Shown: piece after piece, positions 8,249 to 17,879 of the stretch
Numbering within the stretch: position 1 is the first letter of the stretch
Layout of the letters: each line of letters begins with the position of its first letter
IMG/VR virus record: IMGVR_UViG_3300033067_000886
Span: 1-34,632 of that record
DNA length: 34,632 bases
From: a virus
Lineage: Duplodnaviria; Caudoviricetes
Direction: 5' to 3' (one strand)
Program-made: the position numbers and the translations under genes
Notes under the pieces: generated by a model
What the model was told of the DNA's origin: nothing
The model's input: only the letters and a program-made list of their open reading frames with translations
The model's database searches: none

Positions 8249-10075
8249 TTAGGTTTTCCAACCGGGCGATGTTGCAGTGCCGACAGTGCTGCCAAGCAGC
8301 GCGCCGCTCACGCTATTCGAGTAAACGCCTCCACCGGTGCTGGTGTTGTATTGAGCACCGGTACAGCTTCCGCTTTGAGCGGATTGAATTTGAAACAATC
8401 CGTCACTGTCCGCATAGACGAACCACGTAAACGACGGCACGTCCAAGAACTGATTGTTCACGTTGCAAATGATCTGTCCTGCAAACGAGCAGAGGCCGAA
8501 GGCCAAGGCGCTTGTCGATGTGAAAAGGCACGCCACACCGATATTGACCGTCGCGGGAGCGCCAGAAGGTATGATGGGGTGACCGGAACAGCCAAAATCA
8601 CACATACCGAAAATATACACCGATCCAGCAAAAACCGTGATGGCGCCATTGGAGCCAGCAAATCGAACGCCGCCGAAAGAAATAGAGATTGCAGGATGGT
8701 CGACCCGCAGCGGAGGATTTCCCCCTGATAGAACGTAGTTGCTGCACAGTGGCGAATTCAGGTTATTGCCCTGAACGATTAGCTTGCCGGTTCCAGTTAC
8801 GAATGGGGCACCCAAAGCCATCTGATCGCTATGCACGCCCGCGCAAATCTGGATGGTGCAGTTGACGTTGCCGATGTCATAGGTCTGTGCAACCGCGACC
8901 GCGGCGTTCATCGTGAAAACGGCACCACTTCTTGTCGCCGCCAGTCCATTGTTCGAGTCGTTTCCGGTCCAGACATTGTAGACCGGGGCACCGGTCACAG
9001 TGCCGGAGGTATTGACCGCGGCGCCGCCAGCCGTTGTCGAGAACTGGAAATTGTTGGCGGTGAGACCGGCAGCGATGACGAAGTATGTCGTCCCTTCCGT
9101 GACGCCGGTGGGAAGTGCTCCGACCGTCGAGCAGTAATGGCTGCCGACTGAAACCAGCGTGCCGTTCGCCGTGACGGCGCCAGCCGTGATGGCCGCACCG
9201 GTCGGGGTGGCGGAGACCGTGATCGTGGTAGCGCCCGGCGTCGACACCACCCAATAGTCGGTGGCGTTCGAGAAGTTGACGACGTTGGTGCCCGAGAACT
9301 GGATGATCTGGCCGACCACGAGGTTGTGGTTGGCGCCGATCGTGATGGTCGACGACCCGTTGGTAAACGTAGCCGTTTGGGCTGGCGTGTTGATCGCCGC
9401 GCCGCCAGCTGTCGCCGACACCTGGAACGTATTCGCCGTGATCGAGGCACCAACCACATAGTAGGTAGTGCCCTTGGTAAGGCCGGTCGGCAGGTACTTG
9501 GTCGAGTGGAACTGTACCGGCTGGTTGGCGACCAGACCGTGACCGTTGATCGTGATGACGCCGGGGCTCGCCGACGTGATCGTGCACGAGCGCGTGTTGC
9601 GCGGCACGTTGAACACGACGCGGTCGCCCGCCGACAGGCCGTGGCCGGTCAGGCTGGCAAGGGCAGGGGTCGCAATCGAGATCGTCGGCGCACCAAGCGA
9701 AGCACCGACATAGATGGTCCGCGCGGAATCCAGCCGCTCGCGCAGATCATCCGAGATAAGGACGATGCCGACATTCGGCTGCGCCGAGAAGTTGATCTTG
9801 GTGCCGGCGCCGCTCTGCCCGTTGCCGAGACCGGTGCCGGACGAATTGTAGAGCACGAAGGTCCGGGCGAACACGGTGCCGCTGGAGGAGGCAACGCCGT
9901 AGCCGATCTCCCATTGCGTCAGGTCGGCGCTTTCGGCGCGGTACCGATAGGTCAGGCCATCGACGCAGCCGGCCAGCGCCGGGGTCTGAAACCCCGTGAC
10001 CGCCGCGCTGACGGTGAAGTTGCCGGTACCGGACGCGGCGGCCGTGAACTTGGCGACGTTCAGGCTCTTTGCCAC
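8249..10075 (-). CDS. Tail fibre/spike-like protein with nested repeats and a beta-helix-like C-terminus
   Basis: 608 aa, G/T/A-rich; N-terminal WEIGYG...RT.VL.NSS...INF anchor motif, repeated GHGL...V.F...LPTG...TYYV modules and a GNDSNNGL motif. Confidence 0.75.
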   Translation of the reverse strand: MAKSLNVAKFTAAASGTGNFTVSAAVTGFQTPALAGCVDGLTYRYRAESADLTQWEIGYGVASSSGTVFARTFVLYNSSGTGLGNGQSGAGTKINFSAQPNVGIVLISDDLRERLDSARTIYVGASLGAPTISIATPALASLTGHGLSAGDRVVFNVPRNTRSCTITSASPGVITINGHGLVANQPVQFHSTKYLPTGLTKGTTYYVVGASITANTFQVSATAGGAAINTPAQTATFTNGSSTITIGANHNLVVGQIIQFSGTNVVNFSNATDYWVVSTPGATTITVSATPTGAAITAGAVTANGTLVSVGSHYCSTVGALPTGVTEGTTYFVIAAGLTANNFQFSTTAGGAAVNTSGTVTGAPVYNVWTGNDSNNGLAATRSGAVFTMNAAVAVAQTYDIGNVNCTIQICAGVHSDQMALGAPFVTGTGKLIVQGNNLNSPLCSNYVLSGGNPPLRVDHPAISISFGGVRFAGSNGAITVFAGSVYIFGMCDFGCSGHPIIPSGAPATVNIGVACLFTSTSALAFGLCSFAGQIICNVNNQFLDVPSFTWFVYADSDGLFQIQSAQSGSCTGAQYNTSTGGGVYSNSVSGALLGSTVGTATSPGWKT

Positions 10076-10076
10076 G

Positions 10077-10349
10077 TCAGACCAACTCCGCCCGGAAGCG
10101 CGCCTTGTTCTCGATACGCTTCAACTTCTCCTCGAACGGATCGCATCCGGCGTTGCACTCGGGCCGTTCGCAAATGAAGCTCGGCCGGTGTTTGTCGCCG
10201 CACATATGGCACACGTTCGGCATTTCGTCGGCGCGCGCCATCGGCTTGACCCTGCGCAGCGAGTTGCAATGAGCGCAGGTATAGGTGTCCCACTCCCCCG
10301 TCCCCGGCGCCGGGCCGGAGACGATGGAGTAACCTTGCGGCTGGCGCAA
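10077..10349 (-). CDS. Small Cys-rich (zinc-binding) protein
   Basis: CAHC, CHMC, C..P.C and C.P motifs; TTG start. Confidence 0.6.
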   Translation of the reverse strand: MRQPQGYSIVSGPAPGTGEWDTYTCAHCNSLRRVKPMARADEMPNVCHMCGDKHRPSFICERPECNAGCDPFEEKLKRIENKARFRAELV

Positions 10350-10354
10350 AGGCC

Positions 10355-10828
10355 TTACTCGTCGAACTTCACCGAAGCGAGCACGATATTGGCGTAGGTG
10401 CTCGACTTCGCGCGCAGCGAAATGCCGTTGAGGTTGGTGGCCGGGACCACGAGGCGGCTCTTGTCATCGCGCGCCAGCCAACGCTGCGAGTTGCGCTGGT
10501 TGATGGCGATCACATCGAGGCTGACGCCGATGGTGGGCTCGGCGGTGTTGTTCACGGTGCCGACCGAACCGGCCGCGGCATCGGCGGCATCCAGCGGGCT
10601 CGGCGTCACCGAGGTGCCGGTACCGACCGAGGTGTTGGTGCGGACGAAGTCCCAGACGATTTCGCAATCGACCGCGTTGGGCACCTGGGCCGCGCCAAAA
10701 ATCGCCTCATAGATGAAGGCGCGGCGCAGCGTGGCGGTAGCAGCGCTGATGTTGACGATGGTCTTGGCGGTCGACGTAAGCAGCTGCGGCGAACCGGCCT
10801 GCAAATTGTGGGCGTTGTACTGTGCCAT
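10355..10828 (-). CDS. Putative virion structural protein (beta-sandwich)
   Basis: 157 aa with an AGGAG SD, directly after the portal gene. Confidence 0.65.
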   Translation of the reverse strand: MAQYNAHNLQAGSPQLLTSTAKTIVNISAATATLRRAFIYEAIFGAAQVPNAVDCEIVWDFVRTNTSVGTGTSVTPSPLDAADAAAGSVGTVNNTAEPTIGVSLDVIAINQRNSQRWLARDDKSRLVVPATNLNGISLRAKSSTYANIVLASVKFDE

Positions 10829-10837
10829 GGCGGCTCC

Positions 10838-13252
10838 TTAATCCTCGTCGCTGACGGAAAACTCGGCGGCCCGACCATCGGGACCGCGCTTGGTGATGGC
10901 AACCTTGCGCTTCTTCGGCTTCGGCGCAGGCTCCGATTGGTCGGGCGGAGCACTGCTGCCGCCGGCCGCAAATCCAGCGGTGGCGGGCGCTCCGCCCTCA
11001 CCGCCGCCAGCGACAGGAGACGCGGGCGGCAGCAACGGCGTTCCGTCGGGGCTGAGTCCGCGGGCGGCCATTTGGCGTTCGTGGAGGGCCATGCCGTGCT
11101 GGTGGCCCATGTCTTGCGCCTTGCCGATCTGCTCGGCGTGGCGGTAGTGGAGGTCGAACAAGTCGATCGCCTTCTGGCGCTCCTCCTCGCTGATCTTGAT
11201 GCCGATCTCCGCGGCGTTCGACAGCGCATCGAGAATGGCCTTCTTTGCCATGGCGTAGTTCTTGGCCGCCTCGCTTTTCAGCTTCTCGATCTGCGGCTCC
11301 ATGGTCGGGTTCGGCTTCGGACCCGGACCCTGCTTGACGAAGCGCTTGCCGCCATCGCGATAGCCGGCCGCGCCGAACACCTCCTCCATGACTGCTTCGT
11401 CATCAACCTGCTTCTCGCCGCTCTGGAAGGCGGGCGACTGCTGGAGCAGGGGTCCGGCCACGCTCATGGCGCTCGCGAATTTTGCCAAGCGCTGCTGCGG
11501 GTCACCGGCTCCGAGGCCGACGTTGACCCGAACCGTGATGTTGTTCTCCAGCAGCTGGTCGCTGATCTCGTTGATTCCGAACTTCTGCATCAGCTTGGCC
11601 CGGTCACCGGCGATGCCGAGCACGATCTCGTCGGACTCGTAGAACTGCTCCAGCCGCGCCAGCTGGTTGAGCACCGGCTCGCACCATGTCTCGATCCAGA
11701 TGCGGATGTCATATTCCTGCACCGCGTTGGCGGCGCCGGCCGCCAGTTTCAGGCCACCCAGCGTCTTGCCGAGCGCATTGTTCTGCTCGACCGTGCCGTA
11801 GTTCTGCTGGCCGGAGAGGTCGTCGAATTCGACGTCGAGCGCCTGCTTCATGGCCATCGTGCCGTTGGACAGGTCCGGGGTTTTCTCCCAGGAGACGTCA
11901 TCGGGCTCGGTGACCATGATGGCGGTGCCGGTACCGCGGCGGCGCAGCTGGTCGAGGTCGACGTTGCGACCGCGGCGCACCTTGGTCACCGGCATGATGT
12001 TCTGCTTGAGCGCGTCCAGCGACAGGTTGCGGACGTCGTTGGCCTCCTGCTGGAGCATCTGCCAGCTTTCCACGTTCGACATCGGGAAGATGCGGAACGC
12101 TTCGAGCGAACCATAGCCGAGCGCCAGAGGTCGCTCGCCGAACTGCTCGGGGTAAACCTCGGAGACCGGCGCGGGGTCTGTCAGGAGGTCTTTGTCGCCG
12201 AGCGAAAAGAACGTCCAATCCTCTCCCGCGGTGCGGATGTAGGTTTCCCACACCCAGATCACGTCGAAGTGCTGGGTGGTCTGCGAGCGGTCGTAGCGAT
12301 CGAGGCCCTGCTCGCGCGCGCGACGCACCGCCTCCATCTGCATCTGGGCGCCTTCGCCGGAGGCCAGCAGGCGCTCGACCGGCAGATCACGCCATGGGTT
12401 GCGCGGGTCGCGCTGCCGGCGGCGGATTTCATCGACGCGCATCGGCCATTTGATGATGATGTAGGCCGCGTCCTGCGCTGGATTTGTCCAGTCGGCCGCC
12501 GGGTCCATCACGAAGTTTTCCGGCGCGATCAGTTCGCAGTCCGGCCGGTCGATCCACGGCGCCCAGACGTCACGTAGCCGCTTCTCGCCACTCTCCTCGT
12601 CCTCGAACTCCTCCTGCTCCTTTTTGCGCTTGAGTTCGAGCTTCCAGCACTGTTTCGAGAGACATACGCCGGTAATCAGCGAGGTCTGGCGCGAGCCCAT
12701 CGCAACATGGAACCACGGGATGGAAGCCTTCTGGTTGGAGCGGTCGGTGCGATAGTTCAGCAACTCCTTAATGACCGCGGCCGACGCGCGCTGCATCGGA
12801 TCACCCTCATTGCCCGGCATCGCGTTGACGGCATCGAGCGAGCCGAACAGGGACGCGGCGGTGGCCGCCATGTCCTTGCGCACCGAGGTCCGGGTCTTGG
12901 GAATGAACAGACGCGAGCGGTTGCTGTAATCGCTCGATCGGTACTTCGAGCCGTCGGCGTGCTCCTGATGGTAGGCGCGGTAGCCGCGCTGCCAGGAGTC
13001 GCGATTGACCTGATTGACGTACTGGAGCGCCTGCTGATCGGCCTCGTACACCATTTGCAGGAATTCGTCGTCGGTCGGCTTCTCCTCGAATTCATCCCCG
13101 TTATCGTCGTCGGCAAAGTCGTCCTCGCCCTCGAACTGGAAGCCTTCCTCGGCGCGCGCCAGCCGGCGCTCATCGCCTTCGATGTCGACAGGCGCACGGC
13201 CTGCGCGCGGGCGGCGAACGCCGTCCTCGCCGGGTGGGGTTGCGCGCAACAT
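10838..13252 (-). CDS. Portal protein (podovirus-type)
   Basis: 804 aa downstream of terL; motifs RSRLFIPKTRTSV, PENFVMDPAA and LQQEANDVRNLSLD, plus a long C-terminal helical tail. Confidence 0.88.
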   Translation of the reverse strand: MLRATPPGEDGVRRPRAGRAPVDIEGDERRLARAEEGFQFEGEDDFADDDNGDEFEEKPTDDEFLQMVYEADQQALQYVNQVNRDSWQRGYRAYHQEHADGSKYRSSDYSNRSRLFIPKTRTSVRKDMAATAASLFGSLDAVNAMPGNEGDPMQRASAAVIKELLNYRTDRSNQKASIPWFHVAMGSRQTSLITGVCLSKQCWKLELKRKKEQEEFEDEESGEKRLRDVWAPWIDRPDCELIAPENFVMDPAADWTNPAQDAAYIIIKWPMRVDEIRRRQRDPRNPWRDLPVERLLASGEGAQMQMEAVRRAREQGLDRYDRSQTTQHFDVIWVWETYIRTAGEDWTFFSLGDKDLLTDPAPVSEVYPEQFGERPLALGYGSLEAFRIFPMSNVESWQMLQQEANDVRNLSLDALKQNIMPVTKVRRGRNVDLDQLRRRGTGTAIMVTEPDDVSWEKTPDLSNGTMAMKQALDVEFDDLSGQQNYGTVEQNNALGKTLGGLKLAAGAANAVQEYDIRIWIETWCEPVLNQLARLEQFYESDEIVLGIAGDRAKLMQKFGINEISDQLLENNITVRVNVGLGAGDPQQRLAKFASAMSVAGPLLQQSPAFQSGEKQVDDEAVMEEVFGAAGYRDGGKRFVKQGPGPKPNPTMEPQIEKLKSEAAKNYAMAKKAILDALSNAAEIGIKISEEERQKAIDLFDLHYRHAEQIGKAQDMGHQHGMALHERQMAARGLSPDGTPLLPPASPVAGGGEGGAPATAGFAAGGSSAPPDQSEPAPKPKKRKVAITKRGPDGRAAEFSVSDED

Positions 13253-13711
13253 TTACTGGAGCTTCCTGCCGCCTGGGCCGTCGAACTGGAACGTGTGGCG
13301 CCGCTGCTTGGCTTCGAGGATCAGCGTCATGTCGGCCTTGCCGCGCGGCAGGTTCATGCGCTCCAGAAGCTCGCCCGCCTTGTCGACCACCAGCTGATCG
13401 AGCATCAGCGGGTCAAACTTGGCGAGGTTGATGACATAATACAGAGTCGGTCCCATCAGTTCGGGGATCGCAAAGCCGACGATGCCCTGCTTGGTGTCGG
13501 CGTAGGTTTTCCACTCGTAGCCGAAATAGACTTTGTTGAGCAGGATGCCCATGCCCTCGGCCACGCGCATGTCGAATCCCTCGTAATCGTCCGAGCGGCC
13601 ATCGAGCGGCGGGATGTACTGGCTGCGGATGTGAACCGTGTCACGTCCGTTTGTGGCGTCCGTGAAGGACCGGGCCTCGACCCGATCCTCCACATCGACA
13701 ATTTCGCTCAC
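13253..13711 (-). CDS. Hypothetical protein
   Basis: 152 aa, tiles between neighbours with a GTGA overlap. Confidence 0.7.
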   Translation of the reverse strand: MSEIVDVEDRVEARSFTDATNGRDTVHIRSQYIPPLDGRSDDYEGFDMRVAEGMGILLNKVYFGYEWKTYADTKQGIVGFAIPELMGPTLYYVINLAKFDPLMLDQLVVDKAGELLERMNLPRGKADMTLILEAKQRRHTFQFDGPGGRKLQ

Positions 13712-14199
13712 GACTGCGGCACCGGATCGGTGCCGGTGGCGGGCTTGCCGTCAGGATCGAGAGCCGCGCCGTCCTCGGGCGGCGGCATCTTCGGGTCCGG
13801 CTCGATCTCCTGCGGCAGGTTCGGCGGCGGCGCCTCGGCATTGAAGAAGCCCTGCAAGGCGTCGACGCGCGAGGTCAGGCCGTCGACCGCGGTGGCGATC
13901 TGGTTGGAAATCTCCAGCTTCGCGTTGAACACCTCGACTCCGCGGCGCACCTCGTTCAGCTGATCCTGCAACGGCTGGAGCGCGCGCTGGACGATATTGC
14001 CGACCTCCTGCGCGGTCAGCGGTGCCTCGGTCGCCTTGGCGGTAGCATCAGGATCGAAGCTCTCGATCCATGCGACGATGTTTGCGAAGCCATCGTTGAT
14101 CTTGCGGATCGCCGTGGGCCACGTATCGCCGTGCTCGGTGCCTTCACCCTGCGCCGGCCCCCGGTAGGGGTCGATGTGGGTCTTGATCTGGTCAAACAT
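13708..14199 (-). CDS. Hypothetical coiled-coil protein
   Basis: 163 aa; N-terminal GDTWPTAIRKINDGF resembles the GD.LR.AF.KIN.NF motif of virion proteins. Confidence 0.65.
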   Translation of the reverse strand: MFDQIKTHIDPYRGPAQGEGTEHGDTWPTAIRKINDGFANIVAWIESFDPDATAKATEAPLTAQEVGNIVQRALQPLQDQLNEVRRGVEVFNAKLEISNQIATAVDGLTSRVDALQGFFNAEAPPPNLPQEIEPDPKMPPPEDGAALDPDGKPATGTDPVPQS

Positions 14200-14211
14200 G
14201 CTTCGCTCCTG

Positions 14212-14403
14212 TCAGTCGAAAGTCGGATTGTCCGGCGTCTCGTTCGAGTAGGCGCCGTGGGTTGCGGGATTGCCGCGAAAAGTCCTGCCGTTCGAGAACT
14301 GGTAGAACACTTCGTTGCGCTTCGCGGCCTCGAAGTCGGGATCGGCGCGCACCACCATCACCTTCCAGGGGATGTTGAGCGTCCGGGGTTTGGAGTAAGC
14401 CAT
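14212..14403 (-). CDS. Hypothetical protein (63 aa)
   Basis: Start overlaps the terL stop (TGATG). Confidence 0.6.
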   Translation of the reverse strand: MAYSKPRTLNIPWKVMVVRADPDFEAAKRNEVFYQFSNGRTFRGNPATHGAYSNETPDNPTFD

Positions 14404-16193
14404 CAGGAATCCGCATAGGTTCGGGGTTGGGTCGCGCCGGCCTCGATCATCACGGGCTTGATCGGCTCCATGTCGAAGATGCGCGACACTGCGTCGATAA
14501 GGTCGTCATGCGGCGCGAACGGCACGAGGCGGAATTCCTCCACAAACATGCGCGTCAGGTCGTAGATGTCGCCGTCCTCATTGCGCCGCCGGATCGCGTG
14601 CACAATGCGGTGGCTCTCGAAGCGAGCCTCCATCGCGCGCTGCAAGCGCGTCGGGCCGTCCATCCGCCGATATATGACGGTGCCAACGGCGGGATTCTTG
14701 GTCGGGTCGACGTTTCCGGCCTCGTCCATCAGCTTCTTGTCGTCCTCGGTCCACACGTCCCAGAGGGCGGAGTTGTTGTGCTTGCCGCCGAATTCCGGGT
14801 GGTAGACCACGGCCGGGATGTAGAACAGGTTCCGGTTGAAGTCCGGCTGCAACCGCTCGATGCGGTCGGTCTTGGAGTGCTTGCCCTCGCGCGGAGTCGC
14901 AAGCTCGACGATCTCGAAGTAGTTCTCGTCGCGCTCCTGATATTCCTTGATGACCTCGATGTCGTTCACGAGGCCATATTGCTCGTAGCCGACGCGGACC
15001 ATCTGCACGCCGGGATGCTCCAGCCACTTCTCGCGCAGCTGGGTAATCAGTTCGTAGCGCCGCGACAGCTTCATCCGGTGGCAGTAGCCGTCGAGCAGGT
15101 ACTTGTTCCCGGCCAGATCGTAGCCGACGACGGCAATGGCGGTGCGATCGCTTCGCTTCGTCTTGCCCTTCGACGGATCGCACATGATGTAGACGTTCAT
15201 CACCGACGGGATCACGTCGTAGTGCCGCAGCGCCAGCGTCGTGAAGGTGTTCTCGTTGCCAGCCAGCGGGTTGAGCAGCATCTGCGCGGCGACCGTCGAG
15301 CGCTGCGTCGTCTTGATCTCCGCCCAGCGCTTTTCGGTGAGCAGCACCGGCTTTCCGTTCAGCTGGCCGTTTTCGGTCGCCGGGTGGATGCGGGTCTTGA
15401 GAATCGCCCGGTCGATGATGATGCCGTAGGTGTCGGCATACGAATAGCGCGTGCCCTGGTGCCACTTTCGCGTCACGCCGAGGGTGCCGAGGTTGTCCGA
15501 CAGTTCCCAGCGCGTCGTCACCTTTTTGACGATGTCGGGATTGTCGACCATCGACTCGTCGATCAGGTCGTCATAGTCGAGCAGCTGGTAGTGCTTGCCC
15601 GTTCTCATGCCGTCGATCAGGCCGAACGCCTCGATCGTGGCTTCCTTCGGGTTGCCGCGGCGCCGGACGATGATGCCGCCAGCGATCGACCACTGCGGGG
15701 CCTGCTTGCGCGGCTCCTCCCAGAGCACATCCGAATAGATGCGCTTCAAGTCCTCGTTGGACTCGAACTCCTCCATGATCTGTTTCAGGAAGGGCTGGGC
15801 GACCTTGTTGGTGCCGCTCATGATCGCGCACGTAATTTCCGGGTCGATCACCACCTCCTGGATGAGACCGGCGAACGTGCAGATCGTGCTCTTGTAGTGG
15901 TACCGCGCCCAGAGATCGAGGTGACCGTCGGGGTTCGACTCCACCTCGCGGCAGCGGTTGAAAATCCATTCCGCGAACGCATCCTTGCGGTGGCACAGGA
16001 TGGTCAGCAGGTAGTAGCGATCGTTGCAGCCGAGCAGCGCGCGGTCCCGGTCGGAGGTCGCGCGCACTTCCTCGAAATACTCGTAGAATTCCAGCGTCTC
16101 CTCGAAGTCCAGATAGGGCAGTTCGTTGCTGATGAACTGCCCAAGGTCTGGATCGTTGCCGAGGTAGCGGGTGCCTCTAAGCTCGCGCGCCAT
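14403..16193 (-). CDS. terL: Terminase large subunit
   Basis: Walker A-like ARYHYKST, Walker B TGKHYQLLDYDD, GTRY coupling motif, RNase H-fold CDPS...SDRTA and HDDLIDA. Confidence 0.93.
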   Translation of the reverse strand: MARELRGTRYLGNDPDLGQFISNELPYLDFEETLEFYEYFEEVRATSDRDRALLGCNDRYYLLTILCHRKDAFAEWIFNRCREVESNPDGHLDLWARYHYKSTICTFAGLIQEVVIDPEITCAIMSGTNKVAQPFLKQIMEEFESNEDLKRIYSDVLWEEPRKQAPQWSIAGGIIVRRRGNPKEATIEAFGLIDGMRTGKHYQLLDYDDLIDESMVDNPDIVKKVTTRWELSDNLGTLGVTRKWHQGTRYSYADTYGIIIDRAILKTRIHPATENGQLNGKPVLLTEKRWAEIKTTQRSTVAAQMLLNPLAGNENTFTTLALRHYDVIPSVMNVYIMCDPSKGKTKRSDRTAIAVVGYDLAGNKYLLDGYCHRMKLSRRYELITQLREKWLEHPGVQMVRVGYEQYGLVNDIEVIKEYQERDENYFEIVELATPREGKHSKTDRIERLQPDFNRNLFYIPAVVYHPEFGGKHNNSALWDVWTEDDKKLMDEAGNVDPTKNPAVGTVIYRRMDGPTRLQRAMEARFESHRIVHAIRRRNEDGDIYDLTRMFVEEFRLVPFAPHDDLIDAVSRIFDMEPIKPVMIEAGATQPRTYADS

Positions 16194-16971
16194 TCCCGGC
16201 CGCCCTCTCGCGGCGGAACTGCGCCAGATCAGAGGCCAAGCCGCCGTTCGACGGCCGCGGGTTGATCTCTTTCATCGCGTGCCCGTTGGGGCTGAGATCG
16301 CCCGGCTTGTCGGGATCGGCCGCGTTCGGCCGGGAAATATCAATCGCCGCGCCGCCCGAGACCTTGACCGCGCATGTCAGCGCGTCGACCAGGGCGGCGG
16401 TCCCGCGCATGTCGAGGAGCAGATACTCCGCCTTGTCGATCATGCGCCGGCCGAGCGCGATGTTGACCGCCATGCGGATGCGGTTCTCCTCGATCGCCAG
16501 TGTGGTGGAGGAGTGCTTCGGCTGGGTGCCATCCTTCGAGAGCAAATCCTTGATGTCGCTGGCCAGCGTGTCGTCGGCCAGCTTCTCGATCAGAAGCGCG
16601 GCCACCTCGCCGATGCCCTTGGGGCCTCCACCTTCGGCCTGCGGGGCCGCCGCGGCCTTGTGCTCGTGCCGATTGTTGAGCCGCTTGCGCTGGGTGCGCT
16701 TCTCCGGCGTATCGAGCGAATTGTTCTCCTGCTTGCTCTTGGCCACAGGCCCGCGCGCCTTCGGCGGATCGGCGCGTCCAGGGGCTCCTTTAAGATGGCG
16801 CCCGACGGTACCGCGCGACGTGACAAAGCCGAGCGCCTTCACTTCGTCGAGCACCTTGCCGGTCCCGGTGTCGCGGTTGCGAGCACGCATATAGTTGTAA
16901 ACGGCGAGCACCTGATCCTTGGTCGGTGCTTCGCCGCTGCCCGAGGGCAGATCGTCGAAGGTTTCGCTCAT
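16177..16971 (-). CDS. Candidate terminase small subunit / DNA-binding protein
   Basis: Immediately upstream of terL with an N-terminal HTH-like segment (GFVTSRGTVGRHLK); assignment is positional. Confidence 0.5.
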   Translation of the reverse strand: MSETFDDLPSGSGEAPTKDQVLAVYNYMRARNRDTGTGKVLDEVKALGFVTSRGTVGRHLKGAPGRADPPKARGPVAKSKQENNSLDTPEKRTQRKRLNNRHEHKAAAAPQAEGGGPKGIGEVAALLIEKLADDTLASDIKDLLSKDGTQPKHSSTTLAIEENRIRMAVNIALGRRMIDKAEYLLLDMRGTAALVDALTCAVKVSGGAAIDISRPNAADPDKPGDLSPNGHAMKEINPRPSNGGLASDLAQFRRERAAGNGARA

Positions 16972-17546
16972 ACCTCGCCAAACTGGCTGAAATCGAGCGC
17001 CGCGGTCTGCGGTGTTGCACTCTGGAGGCCGGGCACCTCCTCGAACGAGGAGAAGTCCAGCGATGGAGCCGCGCCACCATGGGTCGCGCGGCGGGTGTCT
17101 ATGTCGCCTGTGACATTGGAAAGCAGCGTGCCGACCGTGCCGGCTTTTCCAATGTGGGGATTCTCGCGCAACTCGCGCGCGGTGAACACCTGATCGACCG
17201 GCGTGTCCGGCGCCATGCCGAACATGCGGGCGCCGCGCCCCTCGCCGAAGTGATGGCCGGCGTAGGCCTCGGTGTCCGTGACGTCACGGCCGAGACGGCG
17301 TGACATACCCTTCTTCATGTTGGCGAAGTAGCGGTTGAACACCTTGGTCTGGCCATAAGGGTCATCGGCGTCGCCGTACTTGCCGCGCAGATCGCCCGAC
17401 ATCTGATAGAGGCCGCGCATCGAGCTTGATGCCTTGGCGCCGGGGTTGAACTTCGACTCGCGATCGGCATAGGCCAGCGCGGTCGCAGGGTCGATGCCGT
17501 CCTCCTCCGCGGCGCGGCGGATCGCCTCGCGGACGGCGTCGTTCAT
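16968..17546 (-). CDS. Lytic transglycosylase (SLT-like)
   Basis: GIDP...A..ES.FNP.A catalytic Glu motif, GLYQ and YAGHHFGEG. Confidence 0.8.
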   Translation of the reverse strand: MNDAVREAIRRAAEEDGIDPATALAYADRESKFNPGAKASSSMRGLYQMSGDLRGKYGDADDPYGQTKVFNRYFANMKKGMSRRLGRDVTDTEAYAGHHFGEGRGARMFGMAPDTPVDQVFTARELRENPHIGKAGTVGTLLSNVTGDIDTRRATHGGAAPSLDFSSFEEVPGLQSATPQTAALDFSQFGEV

Positions 17547-17866
17547 TCGTGGCGCTTGCCGAGCAGCTGCTCGGCGGCCTCGGTCTTGGCGGCCTGACCC
17601 TTCTGGTAGGGCATCCAGGCGGCGAAGCGGCCAAGCTCGGGCTTGGCGTCGTCGTCCTGCAAAAGCTCGACGCTGGTTCGGGCGTGCGACGTGCCGTTGC
17701 TGTCGAACACGACGAGGTTGACCATGCGGTCGCCCCAGACGTGAACCACCATGGCCGCCAGCGGCACGGTCTTGTCGTGCTGCTTGATCGCCGCATCGCT
17801 GTCAAATTCGCCGGATTTGAGGGCTGGCGTGTACCAGACGATGCGGCCATTGCTGGGCTGGATCAT
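17543..17866 (-). CDS. Conserved phage hypothetical protein (107 aa)
   Basis: MIQPSNGRIVWY...AAMVVHVW...VNLVVFD...WMPYQ; AGGAG SD; start trimmed from the longer ORF. Confidence 0.75.
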   Translation of the reverse strand: MIQPSNGRIVWYTPALKSGEFDSDAAIKQHDKTVPLAAMVVHVWGDRMVNLVVFDSNGTSHARTSVELLQDDDAKPELGRFAAWMPYQKGQAAKTEAAEQLLGKRHE

Positions 17867-17879
17867 TTTGCGGCTCCTG

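Noticed and set aside
10808-17193. Long plus-strand ORFs (589, 418, 612 and 340 aa), plus similar ones at 858-2120 and 5923-7047
   Set aside because: They are antisense shadows of portal, terL and other genes, expected from high GC3, and show no recognisable motifs.
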